Origin: an uncultured Spirochaetaceae bacterium
GTDB lineage: Bacteria > Spirochaetota > Spirochaetia > Sphaerochaetales > Sphaerochaetaceae
Direction: 5' to 3'
DNA: 42,204 nucleotides
NCBI GenBank assembly: GCA_947630635.1
Contig: CANRIJ010000001.1
Span: forward strand, 1-42,204
The position numbers were made by a program, and so were the translations under genes. Of the stretch, positions 1-8,736 are shown in pieces. Numbering within the stretch: the first letter of the stretch is position 1; the number at the start of each line of letters is the position of its first letter. The notes below the pieces were generated by a model. It saw only the letters and a program-made list of their open reading frames with translations. It was not told the DNA's origin and did no database searches.

Positions 1-883
1 CCCCGGCCTCTTTTGCGCCCCTGTCCATCTCCCGGTGGAGGTAGGATTTTGTCACCGTGAAAATGCGGTCGGTGGGTTTCACCCCATACAGGCTCTTGAT
101 ATAGTCCCGCATTTCTTCACAGAGGAAGGCGGGCATTTGAATGACCCGGTTGCTCTTAGGGGTCTTGGGGTCGGTAATCACATCCTTGCCCTTAATCCGC
201 TGGTAGGACTTGGAGATGGTGACGGTCTGTTTCTCAAAGTCGAAGTCGCCAGGAGTGAGGGCCAGCAGCTCCCCCTCCCGGACGCCGCACCAGTAGAGCA
301 TTTCAAAGGCGTAATAGGAAAGGGGCTTGTCCATCATGGCCTCGGCGAATTTCAGATACTCCGCCTTTGTCCAGAACAGCATTTCCCGTCCCTTTGGCTT
401 TCCCATATTGCCCGCCTGGGCAGCGGGATTGACCTTTAGATTGTAGTGCCGTACCGCATGGTTGAACACGGCGCTCAACTGATTGTGCAGCGTTTTTAAG
501 TACACCGGAGAGTAGGGCTTGCCGTTCTTGTCCCGGTAACCCAGCATTTCATTCTGCCAGGCGATGACCTCCTTGGAGTGAATGTCGCACATCTTCCGCT
601 TGCCGAAGTACGGCACCAACTTCTTGTAGAGGATATGCTCTTTCGTCCCCCAGGTGTTTTCCTTGATACGGCCTTTCATGTCCGCCACATAGACAGCCAC
701 GAAGTTTTCAAAGGTCATTTCCAGGTCGGCGGTCTGTTGTTGCAGGAATGTCCGCTCCCACTCCAGAGCCTCCCGCTTGGTGGGAAAGCCCCGTTTCATT
801 TTCTTTACTTTCTTGCCCGTCCAGTCCTCGTAGTAAAAGGACGCATACCATGTGCCCTTTGCCTTGTCTTTGTATGCCGGCAT
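1..883 (-). CDS. int: Tyrosine recombinase / phage-type site-specific integrase, N-terminal 294 codons only (3' end cut by window edge)
   Basis: Own translation of the minus strand from ATG 883-881 (RBS GGAGGG at 896-891): MPAYKDKAKGTWYASFYYEDWTGKKVKKMKRGFPTKREALEWERTFLQQQ...MLFWTKAEYLKFAEAM...YWCGVREGELLALTPGDFDF...SNRVIQMP...YLHREMDRGAKEAG, open to position 1. It shows an arm-binding N-terminus, a core-binding region and the box I Arg (GVREGELL). The HxxR motif and catalytic Tyr would lie off-window. Track ORFs 35..439+ and 578..967+ are its antisense shadows. Confidence 0.88.
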   Translation of the reverse strand, partial: MPAYKDKAKGTWYASFYYEDWTGKKVKKMKRGFPTKREALEWERTFLQQQTADLEMTFENFVAVYVADMKGRIKENTWGTKEHILYKKLVPYFGKRKMCDIHSKEVIAWQNEMLGYRDKNGKPYSPVYLKTLHNQLSAVFNHAVRHYNLKVNPAAQAGNMGKPKGREMLFWTKAEYLKFAEAMMDKPLSYYAFEMLYWCGVREGELLALTPGDFDFEKQTVTISKSYQRIKGKDVITDPKTPKSNRVIQMPAFLCEEMRDYIKSLYGVKPTDRIFTVTKSYLHREMDRGAKEAG

Positions 884-896
884 TGTGGTTCCCTCC

Positions 897-1094
897 TTAT
901 TGTCTGTCCCGCAGCCCATAGAATTTTTCCTCGAAGTAGCGCCTGCTTACCCGTCCGGGAATGGTGAGAAAGCCTTTTTTCTTCAGCTCCTCGTTCATCT
1001 CCCGCACCAGCTTGTAGGCGTAGGGCTTGGAAATGCCCAGCTCCCTGGCGACCTCCTCTGCTCTCACAAACAGCTCCTTTTCCATGGTCAGCAC
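897..1094 (-). CDS. xis: Excisionase-type helix-turn-helix DNA-binding protein (recombination directionality factor candidate)
   Basis: 65 aa. HTH segment VRAEEVARELGISKPYAYKLVREM followed by a basic tail. RBS AAGGAGGTG at 1100-1092. The stop lies 13 nt upstream of the int ATG, giving the typical xis-int operon layout. Confidence 0.75.
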   Translation of the reverse strand: MLTMEKELFVRAEEVARELGISKPYAYKLVREMNEELKKKGFLTIPGRVSRRYFEEKFYGLRDRQ

Positions 1095-1117
1095 CTCCTT
1101 ATTTTAGTTTCGCAAAT

Positions 1118-1166
1118 ATGTTAATGTCACCATCTTCATTATACATTAACATAAGTGTTAATGTCA
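1118..1166. promoter_or_regulatory. Three copies of a TGTTAATGT operator-like motif covering the xis-int promoter
   Basis: ATGTTAATGTCA at 1118-1129 and GTGTTAATGTCA at 1155-1166 are direct copies. ACATTAACAT at 1143-1152 is the inverted copy. They overlap the -35 box, the spacer/-10 edge and the early transcribed region of the minus-strand promoter. Confidence 0.45.
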
Positions 1167-1167
1167 A
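1138..1167 (-). promoter_or_regulatory. Consensus sigma-70/sigma-A type promoter for xis-int
   Basis: The minus strand reads TTGACA (1167-1162), an 18-nt spacer, then TATAAT (1143-1138), about 45 nt upstream of the xis ATG. Confidence 0.55.
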
Positions 1168-1199
1168 GAATTTATTTCGCATTTTTGTTAAAGATTATC

Positions 1200-1228
1200 T
1201 TGCATCTTTCGCTTTTTTGCGCTATACT
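1200..1228 (+). promoter_or_regulatory. Candidate promoter of the XRE regulator gene
   Basis: TTGCAT (1200-1205), a 17-nt spacer, then TATACT (1223-1228). RBS-like GGTGGGA at 1240-1246 and ATG at 1252. Confidence 0.5.
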
Positions 1229-1251
1229 ATTGGCAAAGGCGGTGGGATATT

Positions 1252-1809
1252 ATGACAGTCGGAGACAAGATAAAGAAAATCCGCACCTTTCGAGGCATGA
1301 CACAAAAGGAATTGGGGCTTGCTATCGGCTTTGAGGAAAAGGGAGCGGACAACCGGATCGCCCAGTATGAGACGAATTACCGTGTTCCGAAACGGGAACT
1401 GCTGGACAAGATGGCCGAGGCGCTGCGGGTAGACCGCCAGAACTTCTACACCATCGCCCCCGGCTCTGCCGAGGACTTCATGCGGACATTCTTCTGGCTG
1501 GACGAGGACAGCCCTGGCGCTATCCGCCTGTTCCAACTTGTCCGCAATCCGGGCAGAGCAGGGGCCGCTGATGATACCGCTGTACGGTACAATGATAGCG
1601 ATGACTGGCCCGCACACCCTCCCGTGGGTATGTACTTCCAGTATGGCCTTGTGGACGAGTTCATGCGGGAATGGCTTTTTCGTCAGCAGGAGTTACACGC
1701 CGGGGAGATCACCAGGGAAGAGTATTTTGAATGGAAACTCAACTGGCCCCATACCTGCGACGATGGCCTGGAAAGCGAATATTATATCCCTTGGCGGAAA
1801 AATAAATAA
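1252..1809 (+). CDS. XRE-family HTH transcriptional regulator with an uncharacterised Trp/acidic-rich C-terminal domain
   Basis: 185 aa. N-terminal HTH_3 pattern IKKIRTFRGMTQKELGLAIG...IAQYETNYRVPKRELLDKMAEAL. It is divergent from xis-int across the operator region and shares the GC-rich codon dialect of int. Confidence 0.8.
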   Translation: MTVGDKIKKIRTFRGMTQKELGLAIGFEEKGADNRIAQYETNYRVPKRELLDKMAEALRVDRQNFYTIAPGSAEDFMRTFFWLDEDSPGAIRLFQLVRNPGRAGAADDTAVRYNDSDDWPAHPPVGMYFQYGLVDEFMREWLFRQQELHAGEITREEYFEWKLNWPHTCDDGLESEYYIPWRKNK

Positions 1810-1814
1810 GACAA

Positions 1815-1864
1815 GCAAAAAAACCGCCCTGCTGAATTTGTCGTTCAGCAGGGCGGTTTTGCTT
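1815..1864. terminator. Strong bidirectional rho-independent terminator
   Basis: Perfect 13-bp stem CCGCCCTGCTGAA (1824-1836) / TTCAGCAGGGCGG (1844-1856) with a 7-nt loop. It is flanked by an A7 run upstream and T4 downstream, so the minus strand sees stem plus T7. Confidence 0.8.
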
Positions 1865-1986
1865 GTCCTTTTGGGATTTTTCTCTTGAGAATACCGGGCG
1901 GACACAAATAGTATCAATCCAGTATCAAGAGCAGTATGGACGGGCAAAAAAGCCTGTATTCATGCGGGTTTTCGCCGTTTCGAGCG

Positions 1987-3531
1987 TCATTCCCACTCAA
2001 TGGTTCCTGGCGGCTTACTGGTTATATCATAAAGGACCCTATTTACTCCCTTTACTTCGTTGCATATCCTGGATGCAGATCTCTCAAGAACATCATATGG
2101 CATTCTGTACCAATCTGCTGTCATGGCGTCCTCACTTGTAACAGCCCTTAGAGTACAGACTTCCCTATATGTTCTCTCATCGCCTTGGACTCCAACTGAT
2201 TTAACAGGAAGCAGGTCTGCAAGTGCCTGCCAGATTTTATTATAGAGTCCTGCTTTTCTGATTTCCTCAATGAAAATACTGTCGATATCTCTGAGGGTAT
2301 CAAGACGCTCTTTTGTGACTTCTCCGATGCACCTGACTCCAAGTCCGGGACCTGGGAAAGGATGTCTATCGACAAGCTCCTCGGGAAGTCCAAGCTCTCT
2401 TCCGAGGTCTCTCACTTCGTCTTTAAAGAGCTCCTTTAAAGGCTCCAAAAGCTTCCACTTAAGGTCCTTTGGAAGACCTCCTACATTGTGATGGCTCTTT
2501 ATAGTCGAAGATGGACCGCCCGTAGGACTCTTTGACTCGATTACATCTGGATACAGCGTTCCCTGGGCAAGATAGCTTATGCCCTCAATGCTTCTAGCCT
2601 CTCTATAAAAGACATCTATAAAGACCTTTCCTATTATCTTTCGCTTTGCCTCTGGCTCTGTTACGCCCTTTAAAGCTGTCAAGAACTCATTCTCTGCATC
2701 AGCATAGACAAGATTCATATCAAAGTGCTTGCCAAAGAGATTGAGAACACTCTCTGCCTCATTCTTTCTGAGCATGCCATTATTAACAAAGACGCAAGTC
2801 AGATTCTTTCCAATCGCCTTATGGATAAGAAGAGCCGCTACAGAGGAATCGACTCCACCAGAGAGACCGCAGAGAACCTTCTTATCTCCTACTTCCTCTC
2901 TTATTCTCTTAATCTCATCATCAATGAATGATCCCATGCTCCAATCAGGCTTTGCCTTGACTACATCAAGAACAAAGGACTTGATCATCTCAAAGCCCTC
3001 TTTGGTATGAACTACCTCAGGATGGAACTGGACCCCAATTAGCTTTCTCTCAAAATCCTCTATTGCGGCATTCTTGCAATCGTCAGTAGAGGCAATAATC
3101 TCAAAGCCATCTGGGATACTCTCAACTGAATCCCCATGGCTCATCCAAACCTGAGTATTATCATGAACACGTGAGAGAATCTCAGCTTTTCTATCGATAT
3201 AGGACAAATGAGATATCCCGTACTCTCTTCTGCCAGATGATACGACTCTGCCGCCAAGGCTCTTAGTCATAGCCTGAAGGCCATAGCATATTCCAAGAAT
3301 GGGAATTCCAAGAGAGAAGATACCCTTATCGGGCATTGGTGCATTCTCCTGGTTTACAGAACATGGTCCGCCAGATAATATGAGGCCCTTAATATTCTTC
3401 TCTTTGATCTCAAGAGGTGTTATTGTGCACGGCACAATCTCAGAATAAACGCCGCACTCTCTGACACGACGAGCAATAAGCTGACTGTACTGAGCACCAA
3501 AGTCTAGAACCAGAATAGTATCATGCGACAT
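1987..3531 (-). CDS. guaA: GMP synthase (glutamine-hydrolysing)
   Basis: 514 aa. GATase motif [10 protein letters not shown]-pyrophosphatase P-loop [10 protein letters not shown], and the universal C-terminus [21 protein letters not shown] lies upstream of the ATG. Confidence 0.97.
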   Translation of the reverse strand: MSHDTILVLDFGAQYSQLIARRVRECGVYSEIVPCTITPLEIKEKNIKGLILSGGPCSVNQENAPMPDKGIFSLGIPILGICYGLQAMTKSLGGRVVSSGRREYGISHLSYIDRKAEILSRVHDNTQVWMSHGDSVESIPDGFEIIASTDDCKNAAIEDFERKLIGVQFHPEVVHTKEGFEMIKSFVLDVVKAKPDWSMGSFIDDEIKRIREEVGDKKVLCGLSGGVDSSVAALLIHKAIGKNLTCVFVNNGMLRKNEAESVLNLFGKHFDMNLVYADAENEFLTALKGVTEPEAKRKIIGKVFIDVFYREARSIEGISYLAQGTLYPDVIESKSPTGGPSSTIKSHHNVGGLPKDLKWKLLEPLKELFKDEVRDLGRELGLPEELVDRHPFPGPGLGVRCIGEVTKERLDTLRDIDSIFIEEIRKAGLYNKIWQALADLLPVKSVGVQGDERTYREVCTLRAVTSEDAMTADWYRMPYDVLERSASRICNEVKGVNRVLYDITSKPPGTIEWE

Positions 3532-4082
3532 TAGGTTTTCTCCGTTTCGCTCTCTTTTCTATGAAAAAATGAGATTCTATAATCATCCAGACCCTTAAAG
3601 GCCTTAGATACCCCAAGATATAGTATAAGGCCAAGCACTGCACCGACTCCGCCTTGAATCAGATTTGGGACAACCTCTACAAGTGCCTCAGAATATGTTG
3701 TCAAAAATAGGCCAGTTAGAGAGAAATATCCCAAGCTCACAGCAAGCGTGCCTACAACGCCTGCAGCGATTTTTCTCCAGATTGGCGTCTTTGTTCCATT
3801 CACAATTAGGCCAATCAAGAGCCCCTCCACACCATGGACCACGAATGAGATTGGAGCATACTGGGCATAGCCTCCAATTAAATCAGAGAAGGCAGTGCCT
3901 AGGCCCCCGGCTATAAAGCCCAATACAGGACCGAAGGAGTAAGCCAAAAAGGAAACAGCAACATCGCAAAGAGAAATATAGCCACCGGTTGCAGGAGTAG
4001 GAATTCTGACAATAGTCGTAAACACAGCTACAATAGCGCTAGATAGTGCAATCAGCACAATTTTAAAAGCAGTTCTTTTCAT
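3531..4082 (-). CDS. Putative ECF transporter substrate-specific (S) component, substrate unknown
   Basis: 183 aa, about 6 TM helices and Gly-rich. It lies directly downstream of the EcfT and fused EcfA genes. Its stop overlaps the guaA ATG (TAATG). Confidence 0.55.
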   Translation of the reverse strand: MKRTAFKIVLIALSSAIVAVFTTIVRIPTPATGGYISLCDVAVSFLAYSFGPVLGFIAGGLGTAFSDLIGGYAQYAPISFVVHGVEGLLIGLIVNGTKTPIWRKIAAGVVGTLAVSLGYFSLTGLFLTTYSEALVEVVPNLIQGGVGAVLGLILYLGVSKAFKGLDDYRISFFHRKESETEKT

Positions 4083-4083
4083 C

Positions 4084-4818
4084 TCACAGAAATATTACAA
4101 TTAATATCGGAATTGTTACAGAGAGAATAACCTCCACCCCAGAAAGAAGAGAAAAGCCCATCTTAGCCTCCCTCCTTCCATTTCGTCCAAAGCCTCTCTC
4201 TTCAAGAGATGATGAAAACGAAGGAACCATCTTAAAGGAGTTGATTATCAGCGCTATTAAAAATGGTATTGCCTTATAGCCGCGCTTACCCTCTCTGAGG
4301 CGCATTGAGAGAGACATTCTTATGCTCTCATATAGGCTTGCAACATAGGGTATGAACCTGAAGATTAGCGAAAGACATAGGCAAGAAGAATATGGAAGGC
4401 GAAACCACCTGAGAGATTTGATGATATCCCTCTCTTTGACGCTTCTGATAAGAATAGCAAATGCCAGTGAGATCAAAATGAATCTCAATGAGACAATGAG
4501 GACTTTATCAATTGCCTCATGAGTGAGAATGACAAGGCTCCCGATTTCAAGTAGAGGCACTCCTCCTCTCTCCTCAAGGGGAGACATTAAAAATAAGAGG
4601 AGCACAATTGGGGCAATCAAGAGCATTGTCTTTGAAAATGCCTTAAGGCCCATAGCATCCAAGGAGAAGAGCGCAAAGAGAATAAATAGAAGCGCCAATA
4701 TGAAAGCATTATCGACAAAGAAAAGAGAAATCGAGAATAGGGGCGCAAACAAAAGCTTTGCCCTAGGATCTATTTTATGTATAGTGCTCTTTCTCTCTAT
4801 GTACAAAAGCGAGGTCAT
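4084..4818 (-). CDS. ecfT: ECF transporter transmembrane (T) component, CbiQ/EcfT family
   Basis: 244 aa polytopic protein with a C-terminal Arg-Gly coupling motif (LEERGFG). It overlaps the ATPase gene by 4 nt. Confidence 0.75.
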   Translation of the reverse strand: MTSLLYIERKSTIHKIDPRAKLLFAPLFSISLFFVDNAFILALLFILFALFSLDAMGLKAFSKTMLLIAPIVLLLFLMSPLEERGGVPLLEIGSLVILTHEAIDKVLIVSLRFILISLAFAILIRSVKERDIIKSLRWFRLPYSSCLCLSLIFRFIPYVASLYESIRMSLSMRLREGKRGYKAIPFLIALIINSFKMVPSFSSSLEERGFGRNGRREAKMGFSLLSGVEVILSVTIPILIVIFL

Positions 4819-6152
4819 TTCAGTCTCCCATCCTCTATCAATAGAGAGGCTCCATTAACCAGTGTTGAGAAAACCTCATCATGGGTAATCACAAGTATGC
4901 CATCCCCCCTCTCAAGAAAGAGTCTTATACACCTAAGAGATTCATCGTATGTCAAAGCATTGTCAATCTCGTCGAAAATGACAAAATCGCGATCCAGAAG
5001 ATAGAAAATCGCAACCTGAAGCATCTTTGCCTTTCCGTATGATAGCTTATAGACCTCATCCTCTAGATTAAGCGAAAAGAGCTTGGAAACACTCTCTATC
5101 CTCTCTTCCTCTCTTTTGCCGATTTTGCCTTGAAATACAGTCTTCAGCTCATCGAGAACAGTCGGCATATATAGATTCTCAAAGGGATTCTGCATTATAT
5201 ACGAAATGCTTCTTCTCCTCTCTTTATTGTCAAGAGAAACTCCATCGAGCTCTACGCTTCCTTTAGCATTCTTTATCAGACCGCATATCACCTTAGAGAG
5301 AGTGCTCTTTCCACTCCCGTTTTCTCCCATTAAGACGACTTTATCTCCGCTCTTTATCTCAAAATGCGGCACATCAAGAGAAAATCCGCTTTTTCCATCG
5401 CGTCCATTTCTCTTTAGAAATAAATTTTCGCACCTAAGAGTATGAGAGCACTCGCTCTTTATATCCTCTATATAAGCTGGAAGAGGCTCTTTTGAGTACT
5501 TAAAGAGCTCTCCGTTATCTAGGCGCCAAATCTCATCAAAGAGCCCATCATAGACACCTAGGTAGTGCGAACCCAAGACCAAAAACGAGGCATTCTCATT
5601 TAGTATTGCCTCCTTTAGACGCTCTCTCCAGTAGATTGAAAGGTCATCAAAGGGCTCATCAAGAACATAGAGTTTTGGAGAGATGAAGAAAATCTCACAT
5701 AGCCCTGCCCTCTTTTTCTCACCGCCGGACTCTTCAGAGAAGGGTGTTTCCAGAAAACCCTCCATGCCAAATAGAGAGAGCGCTCGTGCTTTCCTCTCAT
5801 TTTTTTCCCTCTCATCAAGCGCAAGGCTCTCGCTCTCAAACTCCAGATCATCAAATAGAGTTGAGAATACAAGCATTTCATCTGTATTTTGGCTTGTTCT
5901 TGCAACATAGCCCATTCTCTCCGGAATATCGAGCTCATTAAGGTCTTTGCCATCGAATTCGACACTCCCCTCCAAGTGCCCTTTATCATAATAGAGGGCA
6001 CTTCCAGTTAAGATCTTAGATAGCGTGGTCTTGCCAGAATTTGGTGGGGCAATAATAAGAACCCTCTTATTCTCCCCGATCTCTAAATTGAGATTTCTGA
6101 AAATAAGCGGGCCATCTTGGTATGAAAAACTAAGGCCCTTAATATTAAGCAT
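4815..6152 (-). CDS. Fused double ATP-binding-cassette ATPase of an ECF transporter (EcfA1-EcfA2 type, compact)
   Basis: 445 aa with two NBDs. NBD1: APPNSGKTT, SGGEKKR, YVLDEPFDDLS. NBD2: GENGSGKST, degenerate signature LSYGKAK, VIFDEIDNAL. Confidence 0.8.
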   Translation of the reverse strand: MLNIKGLSFSYQDGPLIFRNLNLEIGENKRVLIIAPPNSGKTTLSKILTGSALYYDKGHLEGSVEFDGKDLNELDIPERMGYVARTSQNTDEMLVFSTLFDDLEFESESLALDEREKNERKARALSLFGMEGFLETPFSEESGGEKKRAGLCEIFFISPKLYVLDEPFDDLSIYWRERLKEAILNENASFLVLGSHYLGVYDGLFDEIWRLDNGELFKYSKEPLPAYIEDIKSECSHTLRCENLFLKRNGRDGKSGFSLDVPHFEIKSGDKVVLMGENGSGKSTLSKVICGLIKNAKGSVELDGVSLDNKERRRSISYIMQNPFENLYMPTVLDELKTVFQGKIGKREEERIESVSKLFSLNLEDEVYKLSYGKAKMLQVAIFYLLDRDFVIFDEIDNALTYDESLRCIRLFLERGDGILVITHDEVFSTLVNGASLLIEDGRLK

Positions 6153-6917
6153 CTATCTTTTCTTCTTAGGCCAAGACGGAAGCCTGTCATAGGCCTCTCT
6201 AACCATATTCTCTACTCTAAGAGGAAGGTCTTTTAGCTCATCCGGCGTCAATTTAGAGCTGTCAATGGGAGGAAGAATCTCCACATAGATTTTGACAATC
6301 CCGAATCTATCAGCGCTTTCAAGGGTCTTTCTGACATTCTTCATCGCAACGGGGACAATTAGCGCTCCGGCTCTTGTTGCCATCTTGAATGAACCAGACT
6401 TGAACTCGCCGATTTTTCCATCCTTGCTTCTCGTTCCCTCTGGGAAGATAACCATTGGATAGCCCTTCTCGATGTTCTCAACGCCATCATGAATTGCCTT
6501 AATGGCATCCTTAGGACTCTTTCTATTTAGTGGCACACAGTGCAGAAGCCATAAAAGACCATTGATAATAGGAACTCTCCAAAGCTCTTTTTTTGCAACC
6601 ATTCCAGGCCATCTGCCAGTTGAATAGATTACAGGTATATCAATCATGGAAGAGTGATTTGGAAAGAAGCACATCTTCTCGCCCTTCTTCGGAAGGTTCT
6701 CATAGCCGATTATCTCGACAGAGGATCCCAGAAATCCCATGATCCAAAGACAGGCAGCATCAAGTATTGCATGAGGCACAGCCTCTCCAAGTCTCTTCAG
6801 ATGCAAAAGCCTCAATATTGCTCCAAGTAAAATTGCAACAATGGAAAGGAGTATAAACATAGGGAGAACAAGAATCCCTGCAAAGAATAGCCTAATGTAC
6901 TTCACTGCCTTTCTCAT
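6153..6917 (-). CDS. plsC: 1-acyl-sn-glycerol-3-phosphate acyltransferase
   Basis: 254 aa. N-terminal TM segment, HX4D motif NHSSMID and FPEGTRS motif. Its stop abuts the ECF ATPase start. Confidence 0.85.
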   Translation of the reverse strand: MRKAVKYIRLFFAGILVLPMFILLSIVAILLGAILRLLHLKRLGEAVPHAILDAACLWIMGFLGSSVEIIGYENLPKKGEKMCFFPNHSSMIDIPVIYSTGRWPGMVAKKELWRVPIINGLLWLLHCVPLNRKSPKDAIKAIHDGVENIEKGYPMVIFPEGTRSKDGKIGEFKSGSFKMATRAGALIVPVAMKNVRKTLESADRFGIVKIYVEILPPIDSSKLTPDELKDLPLRVENMVREAYDRLPSWPKKKR

Positions 6918-6970
6918 AGGTCATAGGTTAAATGCTTTTTCCCATTTTTTAAAGAAGCGGAAGAAAAAGG

Positions 6971-8719
6971 CTATACAATTGAATAGAGTCTGTAATACAG
7001 GCCCTTCTTCTCAATAAGCTCTGAATGGGTACCATACTCAACAAGCCTTCCCTTATCGATTGCAAAGATGATATCGCTGTCGATGACAGTTGATAGCCTA
7101 TGGGCTATTACAATGCTTGTTCTGCCCTTAGAAAGATTGTTGAATGCACTCTGAATAAGCGCCTCGGACTCTGTATCAAGCGAGCTTGTAGCCTCATCAA
7201 AGACCAGAATCGGAGGATTTTTCAAGAATACTCGCGCAATGGAGAGTCTCTGCCTCTGTCCTCCAGAGAGCCTTGTGCCTCTCTCTCCAACCTCCGTATC
7301 GAGTCCATTGGGAAGGGATTTGACAAAGTCATAGAGGTGAGCATATCTAAGACTATCCCAAAGCTCCTCATCCTTTGCATTGACCTTTCCGTACAAAAGA
7401 TTCTCTCTGATTGATGCATCAAAGAGGAAGATATTCTGCTGCACGTAGCCAATTGATTCATGAAGTGATTTCTGTGTCACATCGCATATATTTGTGCCAT
7501 CAATAAGAATCCTTCCGGACTCTGGCTCATAGAAGCGCCCCAATAGGCTCACTATGGTGCTCTTTCCAGCGCCCGACTCTCCGACAAGAGCAACGCGTTT
7601 TCCCCCTGGGATTCTCAGATTCAAATGATCGATTACTATATCCTTCCCATCAGATTGATACCTAAATGAGACATCATCAAAGAGTATCTCGCCATTTGAG
7701 ACTTCGAGCTTTACGGCATCCTTCTTGTCTTTGATCTCTGGCTGAATATCCATAATATCGGTAAAACGCTCAAAGGAGGCAGCGCCTTGGGTAAACTGCT
7801 CTGTGAAATTTATAAGCCTATCAATTGGAGGTAGAACCACTGACACATATAGAATAAATGCAACAAGGTCCGATACAGGCACCATATTTAGGGCAACCAT
7901 GACAACAGAGCCCACTATTGTCACAAAATAATATAACTGCCTCATAAACTGTATTCCCGCCTGATAGTCCGCCATGGTCTTATACATGTTCTCTCTGGAG
8001 TTCTTAAGAGTCTCCGATGAGCTTTCGAATTTCTTTTCCTGATAGTTCTCCTTGCTGTAGCTCTTAACCTCTCTTATGCCCTGAATAGAGTTCTCTGCCT
8101 GAACATTCACATCCGCAATAGTCTCTCTGATTCTTCTGTTCTTAGCCTTGAGTCTCCTGTTGAATATGATTCCGTAGATAAGCATTATCGGGAGCACAGT
8201 TATTGAGATTAAAGAGAGCTTCCAAGAGAAGGCAAACATCAGAGCATAGGCTCCAATTATGGTCGCAACTGATATAAGTATGTCCTCTGGGCAGTGATGG
8301 GCGACCTCTGCGATATTAAAGAGGTCATTTGTGATTCTCGACATGATCGTACCGGTCTTAGTGTGGTCAAAATACGAAAATGACAGGCTCTGCAGATGGG
8401 AAAAGAGGTCTTTTCTCATGTCATTCTCTATCCATACGCCAAGATAGTGTCCCCAGCGAATCCTTACGTAGTTAAAGAGAGCCTCAAGGGCGTACAAAAG
8501 AAGAATAGCGGCAAAGAGAAGGGCCATTATTCTGTAGTTTCGGCCACTCTCGGGCCCTGTGATCATATTTGTAAGGTACCTTACAATAGCGGGAACTATG
8601 ATTGACAGAACCGATGCAAGAAGTGCAACAGCAAGGTCCAATATAAACCACCACTTATAGTCGCGGTAATAAGACATGAAGCGTCTGAACTGGCCCTTCC
8701 TCTTCACTGCCTCTCTCAA
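6971..8719 (-). CDS. ABC exporter, fused permease/ATPase (MsbA/multidrug type)
   Basis: 582 aa. A 6-TM domain followed by GESGAGKST, LSGGQRQR and LVFDEATSSLD. TTG start preceded by GGAGAGGTG at a 5-nt spacing. Confidence 0.9.
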   Translation of the reverse strand: MREAVKRKGQFRRFMSYYRDYKWWFILDLAVALLASVLSIIVPAIVRYLTNMITGPESGRNYRIMALLFAAILLLYALEALFNYVRIRWGHYLGVWIENDMRKDLFSHLQSLSFSYFDHTKTGTIMSRITNDLFNIAEVAHHCPEDILISVATIIGAYALMFAFSWKLSLISITVLPIMLIYGIIFNRRLKAKNRRIRETIADVNVQAENSIQGIREVKSYSKENYQEKKFESSSETLKNSRENMYKTMADYQAGIQFMRQLYYFVTIVGSVVMVALNMVPVSDLVAFILYVSVVLPPIDRLINFTEQFTQGAASFERFTDIMDIQPEIKDKKDAVKLEVSNGEILFDDVSFRYQSDGKDIVIDHLNLRIPGGKRVALVGESGAGKSTIVSLLGRFYEPESGRILIDGTNICDVTQKSLHESIGYVQQNIFLFDASIRENLLYGKVNAKDEELWDSLRYAHLYDFVKSLPNGLDTEVGERGTRLSGGQRQRLSIARVFLKNPPILVFDEATSSLDTESEALIQSAFNNLSKGRTSIVIAHRLSTVIDSDIIFAIDKGRLVEYGTHSELIEKKGLYYRLYSIV

Positions 8720-8736
8720 GCTATCACCTCTCCTTT

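Larger units (their letters stand above)
1..1986. mobile_element. End of an integrative mobile element (integrase / excisionase / XRE switch module); the rest continues beyond the left window edge
   Basis: Contiguous int-xis operon plus divergent XRE regulator. G+C is 37/60 at 1-60 and 35/60 at 1441-1500, versus 24, 26, 28 and 30 per 60 at 5001, 12001, 35001 and 25001. Arg CGG/CGC, Leu CTG and Lys AAG codons here versus AGA/AGG, CTC/CTT and ATA elsewhere. The right boundary is not mapped exactly; it lies between the terminator (1864) and the last guaA codons (~1998). Confidence 0.65.

Noticed and set aside
756-763. TCCCACTC inside int matches the 8-mer at the guaA stop region (1991-1998); considered as a possible att direct repeat
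   Set aside because: It is only 8 bp, lies inside the integrase coding sequence and is in the wrong place for an element end. A chance match is the simplest explanation.
35-967. Track ORFs 35..439+ (134 aa) and 578..967+ (129 aa)
   Set aside because: They are antisense to a much better reading frame. The minus strand from 883 down to 1 translates without stops into a clear tyrosine integrase. The plus-strand products are Gly/Leu/His/Pro-rich, which is typical of GC-rich shadow ORFs.
1222-1947. Overlapping ORFs 1222..1617-, 1446..1664-, 1538..1888+ and 1693..1947- around the XRE gene
   Set aside because: All overlap the well-supported XRE CDS or run through the terminator hairpin. They have no RBS and no recognisable motif, so they are GC-rich shadow frames.
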